Origin: Felis catus
Taxonomy: Eukaryota
DNA length: 64,000 nt
NCBI RefSeq assembly: GCF_018350175.1
Contig: NC_058368.1
Location: forward strand, 10,478,001 to 10,542,000
Direction of reading: 5' to 3'
In this document: positions 25,241 to 38,109 of the stretch, piece by piece
Position numbering within the stretch: position 1 is the stretch's first letter
Layout of the letters: every line of letters begins with the position of its first letter
Program-made: the position numbers and the translations under genes
Notes under the pieces: generated by a model
Told to the model about the DNA's origin: nothing
The model's database searches: none
What the model saw: only the letters and a program-made list of their open reading frames with translations

Positions 25241-25589
25241 CTAGGGAGTTTGCATTTTAAGAGAAGAAGATTCCAGGGAATGTCCACGTGTGATGAGAAC
25301 GGTCACATGGACAGTGAGATTAGTAAGATGACTGCATTGGAAGTTCTGGGGAAACAGGATGGAATCCGGAGCTCCGCGGGAGGGTCTAATTTGACAGGAG
25401 GATCTGCTGTCACACGGGAGCGAAGGGTAGGCACAGGGAAAGAGTTTTCGATTTGCTGACATGAACACGTGAGTGCTTGAATCTGACCACTTCCGTTGGG
25501 TGGGAGGCAGTATCCTGCTGAGAGCGTTTGACTTTTTGCGTATGTTTGTTCTCTGGGAGAACGGCGGTGTGAACACAGCAACCTGCCAA

Positions 25590-25835
25590 CCACCTACGTA
25601 GAGCTTAGTCTGCTTGGCGCTCTTCTAAGTGTTTCACACATCGACTTATTTCATCCTTACAACATCTCTTTGAAGTGAGTGCTGCTGTTTTCCCCAGCTT
25701 ACACTTGGGGTGACTGAGGCACAGAGAGATGAAGTGGCCCTCTCAAAGTCACACGGCTAGTAAGTGGCACAGCTGGGCGTTGAGCCCAGACGTTTTGGTT
25801 CCAGAGTCTAGTCATTGAATACCTGAGCTGTTTCA
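25590..25835 (-). mobile_element. MIR remnant
   Basis: gactgaggcacagagagatgaagtggcc...aagtcacacggctagtaagtggcacagctggg. Confidence 0.8.
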
Positions 25836-26718
25836 CCTCTACCAAGAAGAGCATGGAAGACCAGCACAGATAAAGATGACCAAGAACCCAAGAGTTAGTC
25901 ATAAGCATCCCCTATACCAGAGAGATTAAAGGCAAATATGCTTATGTATCAGATGAATTATAGAAGCAATCTATGTTGGGAGGGTAAAAGATGAAGAAGC
26001 CGGCTACGTGAGAATGAATTTCAAGTTCTTGTACCAGCACTTTGGACAGCAATCCGTCTGGTAAGGGCGAGGTACTCGTGCACCATGACTCAGTTCTACT
26101 CGGAGGCATATACCCTAGTAAACCTCTTACACCTGTGTACCAAGAAGCATGTACAACAATGTTCATAGCAGCACACACAGTTCAGGAGAGCCTGGAGCTG
26201 GAGGCAGTCTACATACCTGTCGCTTAAAGAATTAACAAGTGCTAATATATCTTTATAATATCACATTATGCAGCAGTCAGTATGAATGGACTACAGCTGC
26301 ACGAAGCATCTTGATGTTAAGCAAATAGAAAAAGTCACAGAACAAAACTTATAGGAGGATTTTCTTTGTACAATTTAAAACCATGCAAAATAAAAAGCAA
26401 ACACAGAGCTACACCCACATCTAAAAAAATAAAGAAGAAGAGAATGACCGACACTGAATTCAACAGAATAATTACCTTCGTGGGAAAGTAAGGGGGTGAT
26501 GCTCTCAGATGCACGGGGGACTCAAAGGTAATGTCAATTTCTGTTTCCTAAACTGGTTGGTGGGTACATGGGTGTTTCTTTCATAAGTAGTCTTTATGCC
26601 TGATACATCATAATAAAATACATATATTATAAATACTCCCCATCTGACATTTCATTTTGATGTAATTAATGCTAAACTTAATTAAAAAAACCCAAAAACG
26701 TCTTGTTGAGCACCTAAT

Positions 26719-28240
26719 GTGTGTTACTTTCCTATGGCTGCTGCAACAATTTATCACAAACGGGGTGCCTTCACAAAAGAAAACTGTATTACCCTACCTG
26801 TGGAATTTGGGGAGTCTAGCAGCCTTCTTTCATTGTGTCCTGCTTCTGTCCCTTGGGGTCAAACAGGCATCATTTCTGCTTGTGTAATCTAAAAATTCTG
26901 AGTCTCCGCTGTATGTCAAGGGGACTCATGCCGTTGGACAAGATGCTCCTCCATAGATCCTTCCTGATGATCTCATCTCTACCCCGGGTTTCTGCTCCAG
27001 GGTTGAGGGGATCCATGAATCATACACTTAATATCTTCAAGAGACCCTTTGTGCGAGAGAATACTCTGACCTTTCCAACCTCCCATGGCACTAGCCAAAG
27101 ACTATTCTGGCTACACCCTTGGTTTTCTCTTCATGGCTTTCTTTCCTCAATCTCCTAATTTGGGCATCCTTTACAGTTTGGATTGGATAAAAATCTCCCA
27201 AATGCATCAAGTCCAGTTTTGGTTTTGCTTAGCAGTTTTCCTCTCAATTTCTCTTTCCTCTCAAATGTTATTACAAGTTACAAGAAGAAACCAGGTTGCA
27301 TATTCAATACTTTGCTTGGAAATTTCAGCCCAATATCCAAGTTCATTGCTTGCTAAGTTCTGCTTTCCATGTAACTAAACTACAGGACACAATTCAGCCA
27401 GACTTTCTGCCATTACAGATCAAGGATCTTCTTTCCTTCCGTTTCCAAAAATATTTTCTTCATTTCCTTCGGAGTCCTCACCAGCGGGGCCTTTAAAGCC
27501 CAAGTTTCTGCCAACATTATGTTTACAATAACGTATGTATTCTCTAACATGACGTAGTCTTTCTCTCCCATGTTCCTTACTTTCTCCTGAGTCCTCACCA
27601 GCAGCACCTTTAACATCCATTTCTACCAACAGACTGTTTTAAGATAATGTAAGCTTTTTCTATCTTGCGTGTCAAAATTCTTCCAGCTTCTACCCATTAC
27701 CCAGTCCAAAGCCATTTCCACATTTTTAGCTATGTATTCCAGCAGCATCTCACTTCCCAGGACCAAAATGTGTACTTGTCGTTGCTGTAATAAATGACCA
27801 CAAACTCGGTGGCATAAAACAACTGAAATTTATAAACTTACGGTCCTGGAGGCCAGAAAGCTGAACTCAATATCGTTGGGTGAAAATCAAGGTGCTGGCA
27901 GGACAATGCTTCCTCCAGAGGGGAGCAATCCATTTTTTGCCTCTTCCAGCTTTTGCTGGCTGCTGTATTCCTTGGTTTGTGACCACACCACTCCAATTTC
28001 TGCCTCTTTGGTCACACTGACTTCTCTTCTGCCTGTAGGTCAAATATTCATGTCTCTGCCTCCCTCTCATAAGGGTACATGTGATTGCATCGAGAGCCCA
28101 CCTACATAATCCAGGATAATCTCCCCATGATTTTTCACATCTGCGAAATCCCGTTCTTGCCATATCAGGTAACATTCACAGGTTCCAGGAATTAGGACAT
28201 GGATATCTTTTGGAAGGAGAGCATCATTCAGGCTACCGCA
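26719..28240 (-). mobile_element. MaLR (MLT1-type) element: LTR fragment, internal region and full LTR (~27771-28240)
   Basis: LTR ends tgtgttactttcctatggctgctg and gctgtaataaatgaccacaaactcggtggc. The MaLR-internal motif acccattacccagtccaaagccatttccacatttt...ggaccaa lies next to the LTR. Confidence 0.8.
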
Positions 28241-28457
28241 GGGTGCTACCATTCACCGATACGCCATCTTCAGACATGAGCAAGCAAGTGGGGGAATTGG
28301 GGGAGTCTAAGGATGAGATGCCTACTCATTCATTCATTCATTCTCTCATTACTCCTTTGAAAAATATTTTGAGCAACTATATTGTGCCAGCCATTGTTGC
28401 TAGATGCCAGAAGGCACTGGGCTCTCGATGGTGCCACTTAGATCATCCCACATCAGG

Positions 28458-28459
<2 letters not shown>

Positions 28460-28497
<38 letters not shown>
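28460..28497. repeat. (CA)n microsatellite
   Basis: Perfect CA run. Confidence 0.95.
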
Positions 28498-28500
<3 letters not shown>

Positions 28501-31500
28501 TTCTTCTTTTTCAAAAAGGCATTCTTTATACGGAGAAGAAATTAAGCTAGAGACCTGTATACTAGTCTACTAGTCTACTGGACATTTTCAGACATTTCCC
28601 TGTATCTAGAATTTCTTTTCGTTATTTTACCTTCCTGTTTTGTTCCTCTGAGTTTCTTCTGATTTCACAACTGGAACTGGGAGTTATTCTCCTTTATGGT
28701 TAGGTGGAATACCCTTCACTATGCAACCTTGGGTGATTCACTGGGTGCCTCTGGGCTTCAGCTTTGCAATGAAATGAAGGAGTTTGAACTTGAAAATGTT
28801 ACGATTCTACTGTCTAAATATAGGGCCTGTATTACTAAACATTTCATTACTAAATATTCCCAGTAGGTCCTACTTCCACATTTATGCTCCATTATGAAAA
28901 GAACTTAATTTCAAGACTTCAAGGTTTTCTAATTAAAATGAATTATCTGCTCTATCAGTCTGGAAAATTTTGTCATACTGAATTTAATCAACTTGAAATA
29001 TACTTGGCTTTCATTCATGGATTCAGAAACATAGGAAAACTCTGCAAAAAGACAGTTGTACGGTAATATATTTCTTTTCTGGATGTGAAAATTAACTTTG
29101 GCTCATTCAAAAAAATATTTATTACATTTCTATTAGGTTCCAGATTCTGGAGATGCAATGGCGAGCAAAAGCTGACAAATTCTATCTTTATAGACTTTAT
29201 CATCTAGGGCACAGATTACTACTGAAACAACACGCATAAGCTTTAACAAATGCTGAGAGGGAGTGGTCTTTGAGACATAAAAATGAAAAACCAGATGAAG
29301 GGGTCAAAGGGAGAGCATTTTAGGAAGAAGAAACTGTGTATGCAAGGGCCCTGTGGTGGAGGCATTATGACTTCTTTAAGAAACTGGAAAAAGCTGGAAT
29401 GCTCTAGCATCATAAAGGGCAACCCTTTGTAACCTGCCTTCCTCACGTACTATATCATAGACATCTTGCCTACTGTTCATTTTCGGTAACAAAATCCCCA
29501 CGTGGTATTTCACTGCATAATTACACTTGAATTATCCAAAAAATTCTCTAGTATTGGTTATTTTGGTTACTTGCCGTTTTCACCCTTTCACTTAGTTTTT
29601 AGAGGACATTAAATGAAGCAAGAGAAGTAGGATGAATTGGCTCAGATTAGACATTAAGACAATGATTCTGTGTTAGATCAGTTATTATATTGGTCATCTC
29701 GGGTGGGTGGGTTGCGGGACTTTAACTTTTTAAATTAAAAGTGTTACTTTGGTGGAAATGAAAGGACAATACTAACAACCATCTCTAAAGCAATTCCCAA
29801 CTCTCTCTCCATCCCTCCTTCCCTCTTTTCTCCCTTCTTTCTCCTGTTTCTCTAATTCTATATACATCTGTAGCCCCCCATTCCATCTTTGTGCCCTTTA
29901 CAGAGCCCGGCCGGAGCTCATGCTCAACAAATATTTGTTGAATCGCATTAACCTGTGGTTGAGTCCAGAAAGGTTGACACAGGATTGACCATCCTGATTC
30001 TTCTGCTCAAGAGGCTGCTCTCCTCACCCTGCGCTTTAACTTTTTAGTCGATGTGAAAGGTTTCTTTTTTTCACGTATTTCTGCAGTGTATGATCTGAAG
30101 ACGCTCTGATTTCCAGATCCTAAAGGCATTATGAATTTCAAAAGGTAATGCATCCAAGTACTTTCTAAGAGTAAGCAGAGAAGAATTTTGTTTTTTATTG
30201 TTCTTTGTAACAAAAGGTCTTTGTGCCGGCACACGGTGGGTCTGATTCATTGGCCAAGGCCAATGTGACAGCGGGAAGGTGGGCACGGGAGGATCCTGTT
30301 CTCTTCCACTCTGCTGTCATTACCTACTCTGGACAGACCAGCTGCTCCCTGTCTTTCGTCAACTGTTGGGCTCCTTTCAAGTTTTTATAACCTGTGGTGT
30401 GGTGAGCTAAACAGATAGGGCAGAGGAGATAGCCTGCTGTCCACTGATCACCTTCAAGGCTGTCGCCCACTGTGACAGCTTTGGTCTCTCTTCGCCTGTG
30501 GGCCCTGTGCTCCCTCTTTCTGTGACTCTTCAGGCATGCTGGGTAGTTTACATACAGCCTTCCCCTTTGGTCCTTACCCACTCTGGATGCCTGGATCATC
30601 AGGAGACAGAGTTATCTGTCTTAATCAAGAAAGAATTCTGCCTCTAATCTCCCGGCAACATTATCTGCCTTGGATTAGATAAAACTTGCACATTTCATTA
30701 CTACCATTTGTTGGGGGTATTCCAGGTCAGACGACACAGCCTGGCCTGCAATTCGGGCTCAGTGAATACTTTTAAGGAGGGTATAAAATGAGGGACTGAG
30801 TCTCTGGGGCTCCTACTTCACATTTCACCTTAGCAAAAAGAGAGACAAAGAGAGCCTCGAGTCCTGTACCATCAAACACACTTTTGGCTTCGCCGCAGAC
30901 CAAGGCAGTGTGGTTGCAGCACAGACCCAGGTAGAAGGGACAAAGAAACCCTCCTGCCGTCTGTGGGCTTCACCGAGGAGGGGACACATCCTTCCCCGCA
31001 CAGAACAAACCACACGGAGAGCAACTTGGTTGGTTTCCATGTCCTCCCACGCTTCCGAGTATCTTTGATGCCCGTGGCATTAAAGCATTTTGGCGACCAG
31101 CTGTCACCTTTGTGTCTATGATCGTGTTGGCACCAAGGAGTCACCCATGTCAAAGTGACAGCCATCATCATATTCTCAGACCAGCTATCAAAGTCAAACT
31201 TTCCTTTTTCAGAGAAGAGCAACCAGTGAAAGCCACTTTCACAACAACTTAATAAATTAAAGCTTTGATCTGATGTGAAGACAACAGTTTGGGGCAGATG
31301 ACGTGCTACTTTATCACTGAGTCAGGAAAGACTGGAGACAGCTGGTTCACAGGTGGCGCCTTTGTGCCTAGCAAAGGCCAAATGACGTCATGGCACACTA
31401 GGAAAATAAACTTTGTATGTGTTTATGTAACCCGCATTGAAGGCAGAGTGGAAGCAGTAACAGTAACCTTGATTTATTCGTCAAAATGGAGTGAATAAGC

Positions 31501-31680
31501 TGTTTCCCTTATGACTGTTTTCCCTTTCAGAGTCTGAACGTCTTTCTTTATCTGCCGGCTTGTAAATGACTTCCAGATAGTTTCAGGTTCTAATTCCAGC
31601 CATAACTGGATTAGATGTCCATTTAAAGTAGATTTCAATAATACCATAATATTAACCTTGCCTTCAAAAGACCACACCAA

Positions 31681-31911
31681 GGGGCGTCTGGGTGGTTCCG
31701 TCTGTTGAGCGTCCGACTTCAGCTCAGGTCATGATCGCATGGTTCACAAGTTCAAGACCCGCACTGGGTTCTATGCTGGCAGCTCAGGGCCTGGAGCCTG
31801 CTTCGGATTCTGTGTCTCCCTCGCTCTCTGTTCCTCCCTCACTAGCACTCGGTCTCTCTCTCTCTCTCTCTCTCTCAAAAATAAAAACATTAAAAAAAAA
31901 CAACAAACACC
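31681..31911 (+). mobile_element. Can-SINE
   Basis: Head, (CT)n tract and A-tail; TSD caaaagaccacac. Confidence 0.93.
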
Positions 31912-32064
31912 CAAAAGACCACACTGATATAAGTGTTGCCATATTATACTATTAGCATTGCTTTGGTCACCTAATTGATTTCATTATCATGAACCAGCCA
32001 AGTGTTTGTGGATAGACAGATGGGATCATCAGCACGATAACCTCAGAGGCTCTGTCCAGGTTGT

Positions 32065-32540
32065 GGACAAGTACACTGGATGTTTTCCCTTTGTCCCTCA
32101 GATCTGCTCTCCACCCTTCTGCGTGATGCGGGAGGTTCACTGGCCCTCTGGCTTCCAGTCTGGGTTGGCCAGCTGGAGACACCTGCAGGAGTCTGGACAT
32201 GGAGGAGCGTGAGCCATTTGACTTCTGCTCCCCCTCCTGCTGGGCCACCATGGCTTGGGGATCCCCCTCTATCCAAGGCGTCTGCTCCTGCTGGAGAGTC
32301 TTTCCCCATGCAGCCCCTCCGTGTGGGTGGTCCCAGTAACAGTTCCCTGGCCTTGCCCCTTTAGGCATGGGGGTGGTAAAAGCTCCTCCCGATTCGATTC
32401 GTAGTGTTGAGGTATGGCTGCAAGATTGCTTTTGGTTTCCCCAAAGCCTACCCGCTCCTCTGTAAATAGTCCCCTTTGAAACTCTTCTCCATTCCCCAAT
32501 TTGAGTGTGAGATCTGGGTCCTGTCAGAGCTGAGTGACAG
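32065..32540 (+). mobile_element. Ancient ERVL-type solo LTR (LTR33/LTR41-like)
   Basis: Motifs ctctggcttccagtctgggttggccag..cacctgcaggag and tgtaaatagtcccctttgaaactc...tgaca. The family name is from recall only. Confidence 0.55.
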
Positions 32541-33000
32541 TCCTGGCAGAATTGGCTGTGGGTTAGTTGGGACCAGGTGCTCCCACCCCTCAGGAGAGGG
32601 GGTGACAGGGGAGGGCAGCCTCCCTCTCCTGGAGCACAGGCTCACAGTGGTAAAGCATCCACTTGTGTCCTGCCCAAGCACATGTCCCATGCGCACCAGG
32701 AGAGTAGGGAAGGACGTATGGGCCTACAACCCTGCCTGTGATTTCCAGCCAGCACGTTGGGACAGTCATTGGTGTCTCTATGAGCGAGAATCTTAGGCAA
32801 TAGGGTTCCTGAAGCCAGAATACAGGTAGAGTCAAAATAGAACCAGACCTCAGGTTCCATTTGTCTAGTATTGTACCTAATACCAGCCATTTAGTTTTTA
32901 GGGAACAAAAAGACATCACACTAAATTAATGAGTTTTCCTGGCTTGGGAACATTGTATTTACTTTGCTTTTATGTTGGTATAAGAGCTATAAGAAGAAAT

Positions 33001-33395
33001 TGTTACGGACTGAATAGTGTCCCCACCAAATTCATATGTAAAGCCCTAACCCTCCATGTGACTGTATTTGGGGACAGGGCCTCCAGGGAGGTAAGTAAGC
33101 TTAAATGAGGTCATTAGGGTTAGCCCTTAATCTGATAGGACAGGTATCCTTACAAGAGAAGGGACACAAAAGATCTCTTTCACTCTCCACGTTCGTGGAG
33201 GAAAGGCTACGTGGAGAGGCGGTGAGAAGGTGGCTGTTTACAGGCCAGAAAGAGAGGCCACCACCAGAAACTGAATTTGCTGGCACCTTGATCATGGACA
33301 CCCAGCTTCCAGAACTGTGACGAAAAAACAAATTCCGTCCTCTTAGCCACCCAGACGGTGGCATTTTGTCGCGGTAGCCGGCACAGACTAACACA
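33001..33395 (+). mobile_element. MLT1A-type MaLR solo LTR
   Basis: TGTTACGGACTGAAT...GACTAACACA, with a 5-bp TSD gaaat/gaaac. Confidence 0.9.
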
Positions 33396-33519
33396 GAAAC
33401 GTACCATAAGTTTGTACACGCTTAGACAACATTATGAAGCTGATGGCCAGATTCCGAGAGCAATGTTACCTGGAAAAGGGGTTTTATGTTCTTCAAATTC
33501 AATGAACAGGGCTTTGTAG

Positions 33520-33720
33520 TTAAAATAGGAGAGTGCTGGAGTCATGATACCTGGATTTTAATCCTGGCTCTACAATTTACCGTGTGATGTTAGACAATTA
33601 GCCACTCTATACTTCATTTTTCTCTCCTGTAAAGTGAGTGTGATATTATTTCCTACCTTTTATGGTTGTTGTGAGGAATAAATGAGTTAGATAACATAAT
33701 GCATCAAAATATCTAGCACT
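33520..33720 (+). mobile_element. MIR remnant
   Basis: acctggattttaatcctggctctac...cttcatttttctctcctgtaaagtg...ggttgttgtgaggaataaatgag. Confidence 0.8.
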
Positions 33721-34357
33721 GTACATATGAGCCTACATTCAAGCCGTGTCTTGTGTTTTAAAATTATTCATGGCATTTTGATCCTAAGCTTCCTAATTTT
33801 GATAAAATGTCATGGCCAAACAAAAAATTACTGATAGAGCCATGTATCTGGCTCATAACCTTTGTGTGCTATGAGTAAATAGCTCTTATTATTGAAAAAC
33901 TTTTAAGCAGAAATAAAGGACGTAGGCCATTTTAAAATTCCTAAGCAAAGGGGACTTAGTAATATTGCCACTAAGTAAGAAATCCCGAAATAATAAGAAA
34001 TCCTGAAAAAAAAAAAGGCAGTAGGAGATATTCTGGGCAAGATTCAGCTTGGGCTGCTGATTCTTTACAAAGGCATAAATTATTCCCTTCCACAAGTGCA
34101 CGTTCCTTAGGTATGGACGAGGTGCCCTGGGCATTGTTTAACTGATGAGTTTCCCAAGGACCCAAAGGATAAATTAACAGTTTAGATTTCTTTTCATATT
34201 AGGCAACAGAATCATGAAACTCTCTGAACGCATAACATTTAAAGATTAATGCTTAGACTTTTTGGGCACCTGGTATGTGCCCAATTTCTGATAGGGAGGA
34301 ACATGAGACAGAATATGGAAGTTTTCCACCTGGGCAGGGATTTCCATATGCCTTCTG

Positions 34358-34809
34358 GAATAGTTTCCTTTGGTCGTCGTAAACAAATTACCACAATCTA
34401 GTGGCTTTACACAACACAGATTTATTCTCTCATAGTTCTGGAGGTTAGAGATCTGCAGTGGACCTCACCAGGTTAATAGCTAAGGAGTCAGTAGTGGCGG
34501 AGTCTCTAGAAAAATCTATTCCCTGGCAGCTTCTGGAGGCTTGCTGCTTTCTTTGGTCCTGGGTCCTGTTGTCAGCTTCAGAGACAGCAGCAAGTGATCT
34601 TCAAATCTCACTCTGACTCTGCCCTCCTGCCTCCCTCTTATAAGGACCCTTGTGATTACATTGGACCAATCAGAATAATCCAGGATAATCTCCCCATCTC
34701 AAAATCTTTAATCGTATCTGCGTGCCTTTTGCCATGCAAGGTAAACGTAGTCACAGGTTCTGAGGATTAGGACACAGACACCTCCGGGGACCATTACTCT
34801 GCCTACCAT
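34358..34809 (-). mobile_element. MLT1-type MaLR solo LTR
   Basis: aacaaattaccacaatctagtggc...ataaggacccttgtgattacattgg...ccattactctgcctacca; related to 27771-28240. Confidence 0.85.
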
Positions 34810-36222
34810 CCCATCCTCGGCTCTATTTTACCTGGCTGGAAGTCAAATTCGCCTGGGTGTGCTTCTACTGAGTACTACTTTGGGCTACATGTGTGAGTAC
34901 ACTAAATGTGTGATCGGCACTTTCTCTGCCAAATCAATTCCACACGCTTTTATGTACACCTTGAACGTAACTGGCATCGTCCTGAAACTGACAGCTGTAC
35001 CCATTCTTCCCTGTCATCACATAGAAGATTTAAAATCTACAGACTAGAGGCCCATTGACATACGGATGAGATTATCAGTCCGTGGTGTTCTCACACCCCA
35101 TCACGGGAAGCAGAGCACAACTTGGGGAAATGAGCAACTCAGGCAAACGTCGCGCAACCATCTGAAGTAGGTAGTTCTTGGTGATGGAGCTGGAAGCCAG
35201 CCCTTTTCATCGTGCTAGTGCTTTTTCCTACTTTCAGACGATAAGATCGCTGCGTTGACCCTGCAAATACTCAGCATCTGCCAATTTAGAGGATGTCCAC
35301 AGGGGTTCTTGAGAAAGCAAAGGCAAGGGAAAATAGCCTCATGGGTGAAGGTGCAGCCAAATTTAAGTGAAGTGTCGACCAACGGTTTTTGAGGCCTGTG
35401 GAAACTTGAGTTCGTTGCTGCTTTCGAGAGCGGTCGTATTCCAAGAAACGAATCCAACTCCATTTATTTGCCTCAGAGCGCGAAAGGTGGATTATGAGTT
35501 GAACAGGAGCGTTCCGCAAAGAGCAAACGGATCCAGTTCTGCTTTTACAGCACGCGTCATTCAGGGCACACGCCCTGCGTCCAGGACCAATTAGTACATT
35601 TCCCTGGAAGGAAACCCTGCGGCCTCTGAAGAGGAAGATCTCAAATGATCCTGTGTTAAGTTGTATCGTTTGCACCGTGAGAGAGCAGAGAACCAAAGAC
35701 ATTGTGAAGAAACTGACAAGCTTACGTGGGCAATGTGGCACTCCGCATCACATCAAACAAGACTGCAGAGAGCAAGGAAGGTGTGGTCCAGAACAATGGA
35801 CAGTTGGCGGGCGGGGCGGGGGGAGGTACAGGTCAGAAAACACTGAAACAACAAAGAACCATTCCTTGGAGGTACCAGTTCTGTATAAAATTGGGGACCT
35901 GTGATCTCACGATAATGAGGCGGAAAGAAGGGAGGGGATCAGGACGGCTAATTATAGTGGAACACAAACACAATCACCCCTGAAAGAGGGAGTCTCAAGT
36001 GGCAAACACTAAGAAGGACCAAGGCCTGGTATATCTAAGTACTGACTGCTGGGGAACTAAAAACATTTTTGTCTTTTTACTGAGATCGTGTTAAATGTCT
36101 TCCACTTCTACTCTATGCCAAAGTATGAGATAGGCAGGCTTCCTTATGGTCTCTGGGGTAGGGTGGTGGGACTTTCGCTTTACACTTACACGGAGGGTAT
36201 AGCTCTTTGTGGTCCCAGCTTC

Positions 36223-36432
36223 TTTTTTTTTTTTTAAGAGAGAGACAGAGGGACAGAGGGACAGAGTGCGAGCAGGGGAGGGGCAGAGAAAGAGGGAGAC
36301 ACAGAATCCGAAGCAGGTTCCAGGCTCCAAGCTGTGAGCACAGAGCCCAATGTGGGGCTGGAACCCACGAACTGTGAGATCATGACCCGATCCCAAGTCA
36401 GGTGCTTCACCAACTGAGCCACCCAGGTGCCC
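36223..36432 (-). mobile_element. Can-SINE
   Basis: Typical body; imperfect TSD tgtgg(t/c)ccc(a/c)gctt. Confidence 0.93.
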
Positions 36433-37534
36433 TGTGGCCCCCGCTTTATTTGGGGAGGGCTCTTATTAGATCTCCCAGTCTGGGCCCTGGCATTTGTCTC
36501 CTGGGCCCTTCACCCAGGACGCCATGACAGTTAGCTTCAACTTAGACCAATTTGGCCAACACCTTCAACGTGAAACAAGACTTCACCATTCCATCTACTT
36601 CTTTGGTTCCCATCTCAATTTTGTTTTCCCCTTATGTGTTCTTATTTCCAGTTCAGCTTTCTGTTTAAGGCTATTTTAAAATATTTGATCCATTCTTTTT
36701 TAGTTGTTTTCAGCAATAGGGTTGATATCAACCAGTCCACCACACTTCTGAAAACAGAAAACCCGATTTTCTGAAATATTTCAAAGACCTTCAGTAATAA
36801 ACACAAAATGATTTGCAGAATGGTTCTAAAATGTAAAAAGAAGGTATATTGTGGCTTTAACTTACTTCGTAGTTTTACAATTATTAGCATAGCTTCTTGG
36901 TGGGACAATGACATTTATAGAACCGAGGGAAGTAGATTGCCATCATGGGCTCACTGAACTTACTCTATCGGAGGTTAAGGACTGATAGCTGATTACTTAA
37001 CTCTCCCGGGTTCAAGATTGGGACACAAGAATTACATGAGCATCAGGTGAACATTCCGAGTTAGTCATGCCTCCTGTGTCAATGATGAACCCCAAACAGG
37101 CAAATAAATGTCTTTCTTCTTGGATAAGTTTTGCCCCTCGTGTATCCTGCTTTTGCAGGTTACTGTAACCTCTTTCAACTTTTTTATCTCTTGATTTGGG
37201 TAGATAAAATTCCGTAGTCTGCACTCAGATTTCAGCCACTCTTTTTGATATGTAGTTAGAGGAAATGATTTCTGTATATCCTATCGAGTACTGGCCCTCT
37301 TCATATTTTGTCATTATTTTTCCAAGCCAGATGGGGAGAAAATATTCACAATACATGTATCTGGCAAATGACCTCTATCTACAATATGTGAAAACTCCTA
37401 TAAATCAATAAGAAGAAGACAATTTGTAAATGGACAAAAGACGTGAACAGACGTATGAACAGACATTTCCCAAAGAATATATATAAATAGCCAATAAGCA
37501 CATAAAAAGATGCTCAATGTAATTAGTAATCAGT

Positions 37535-38100
37535 GTTAAACTCTCAAGTCAGGGACTGTGAAAGCTCTGATTTTATTCTCCGTGCAAGCTGAGCCTGTCA
37601 CAGTTCCATGGATACTGGCAGAAAAACATGAGGCATCTGGGTCAGAAAAAAAAAGATTTATTACTTTTAGCAATAGTTGTAGCCAGAGTAACATTTTGTC
37701 TCTGTGCCACAAGCCTCAACTCTCACAAGCCCATGTGGCCAAAGTCAGGTGTTTCCTGCACATAGAGGCATTCTGGGAGTAGAACACAGAGGTTAGGAAA
37801 CTTCTTGTGGTCTTACAGAGGGGCTACTGGAAAACTTGCTCATCCTCTCCTCCACAGACAGACATTTTCTTGTTACCCTGGATTGTAAGCAAATTGCTCT
37901 CTGGAGAAGAGGGAGACATCTCTATCTTTACTGTAATAGTAAGGTATGTAGGGAATATAAATAAATCTGCTCTAGAAGGAGTCACTGTCTCTTTCCAAGG
38001 ATCTTTGTTGATACAAATATTCTTGCAAAGATTGCTTCAAGCAAATTGCCTCTTAACGCCTACATGTTTAGAAATGTAAGATTCGAGAACCGCCTCGCAG
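37535..38100 (-). mobile_element. Ancient LTR-like element, family unassigned
   Basis: Starts tgttaa and abuts an L1 fragment (37320-37533). It shares a ~75-bp diverged block with 62826-62900 and has a minus-strand AATAAA. Confidence 0.55.
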
Positions 38101-38109
38101 AAAAAATAA

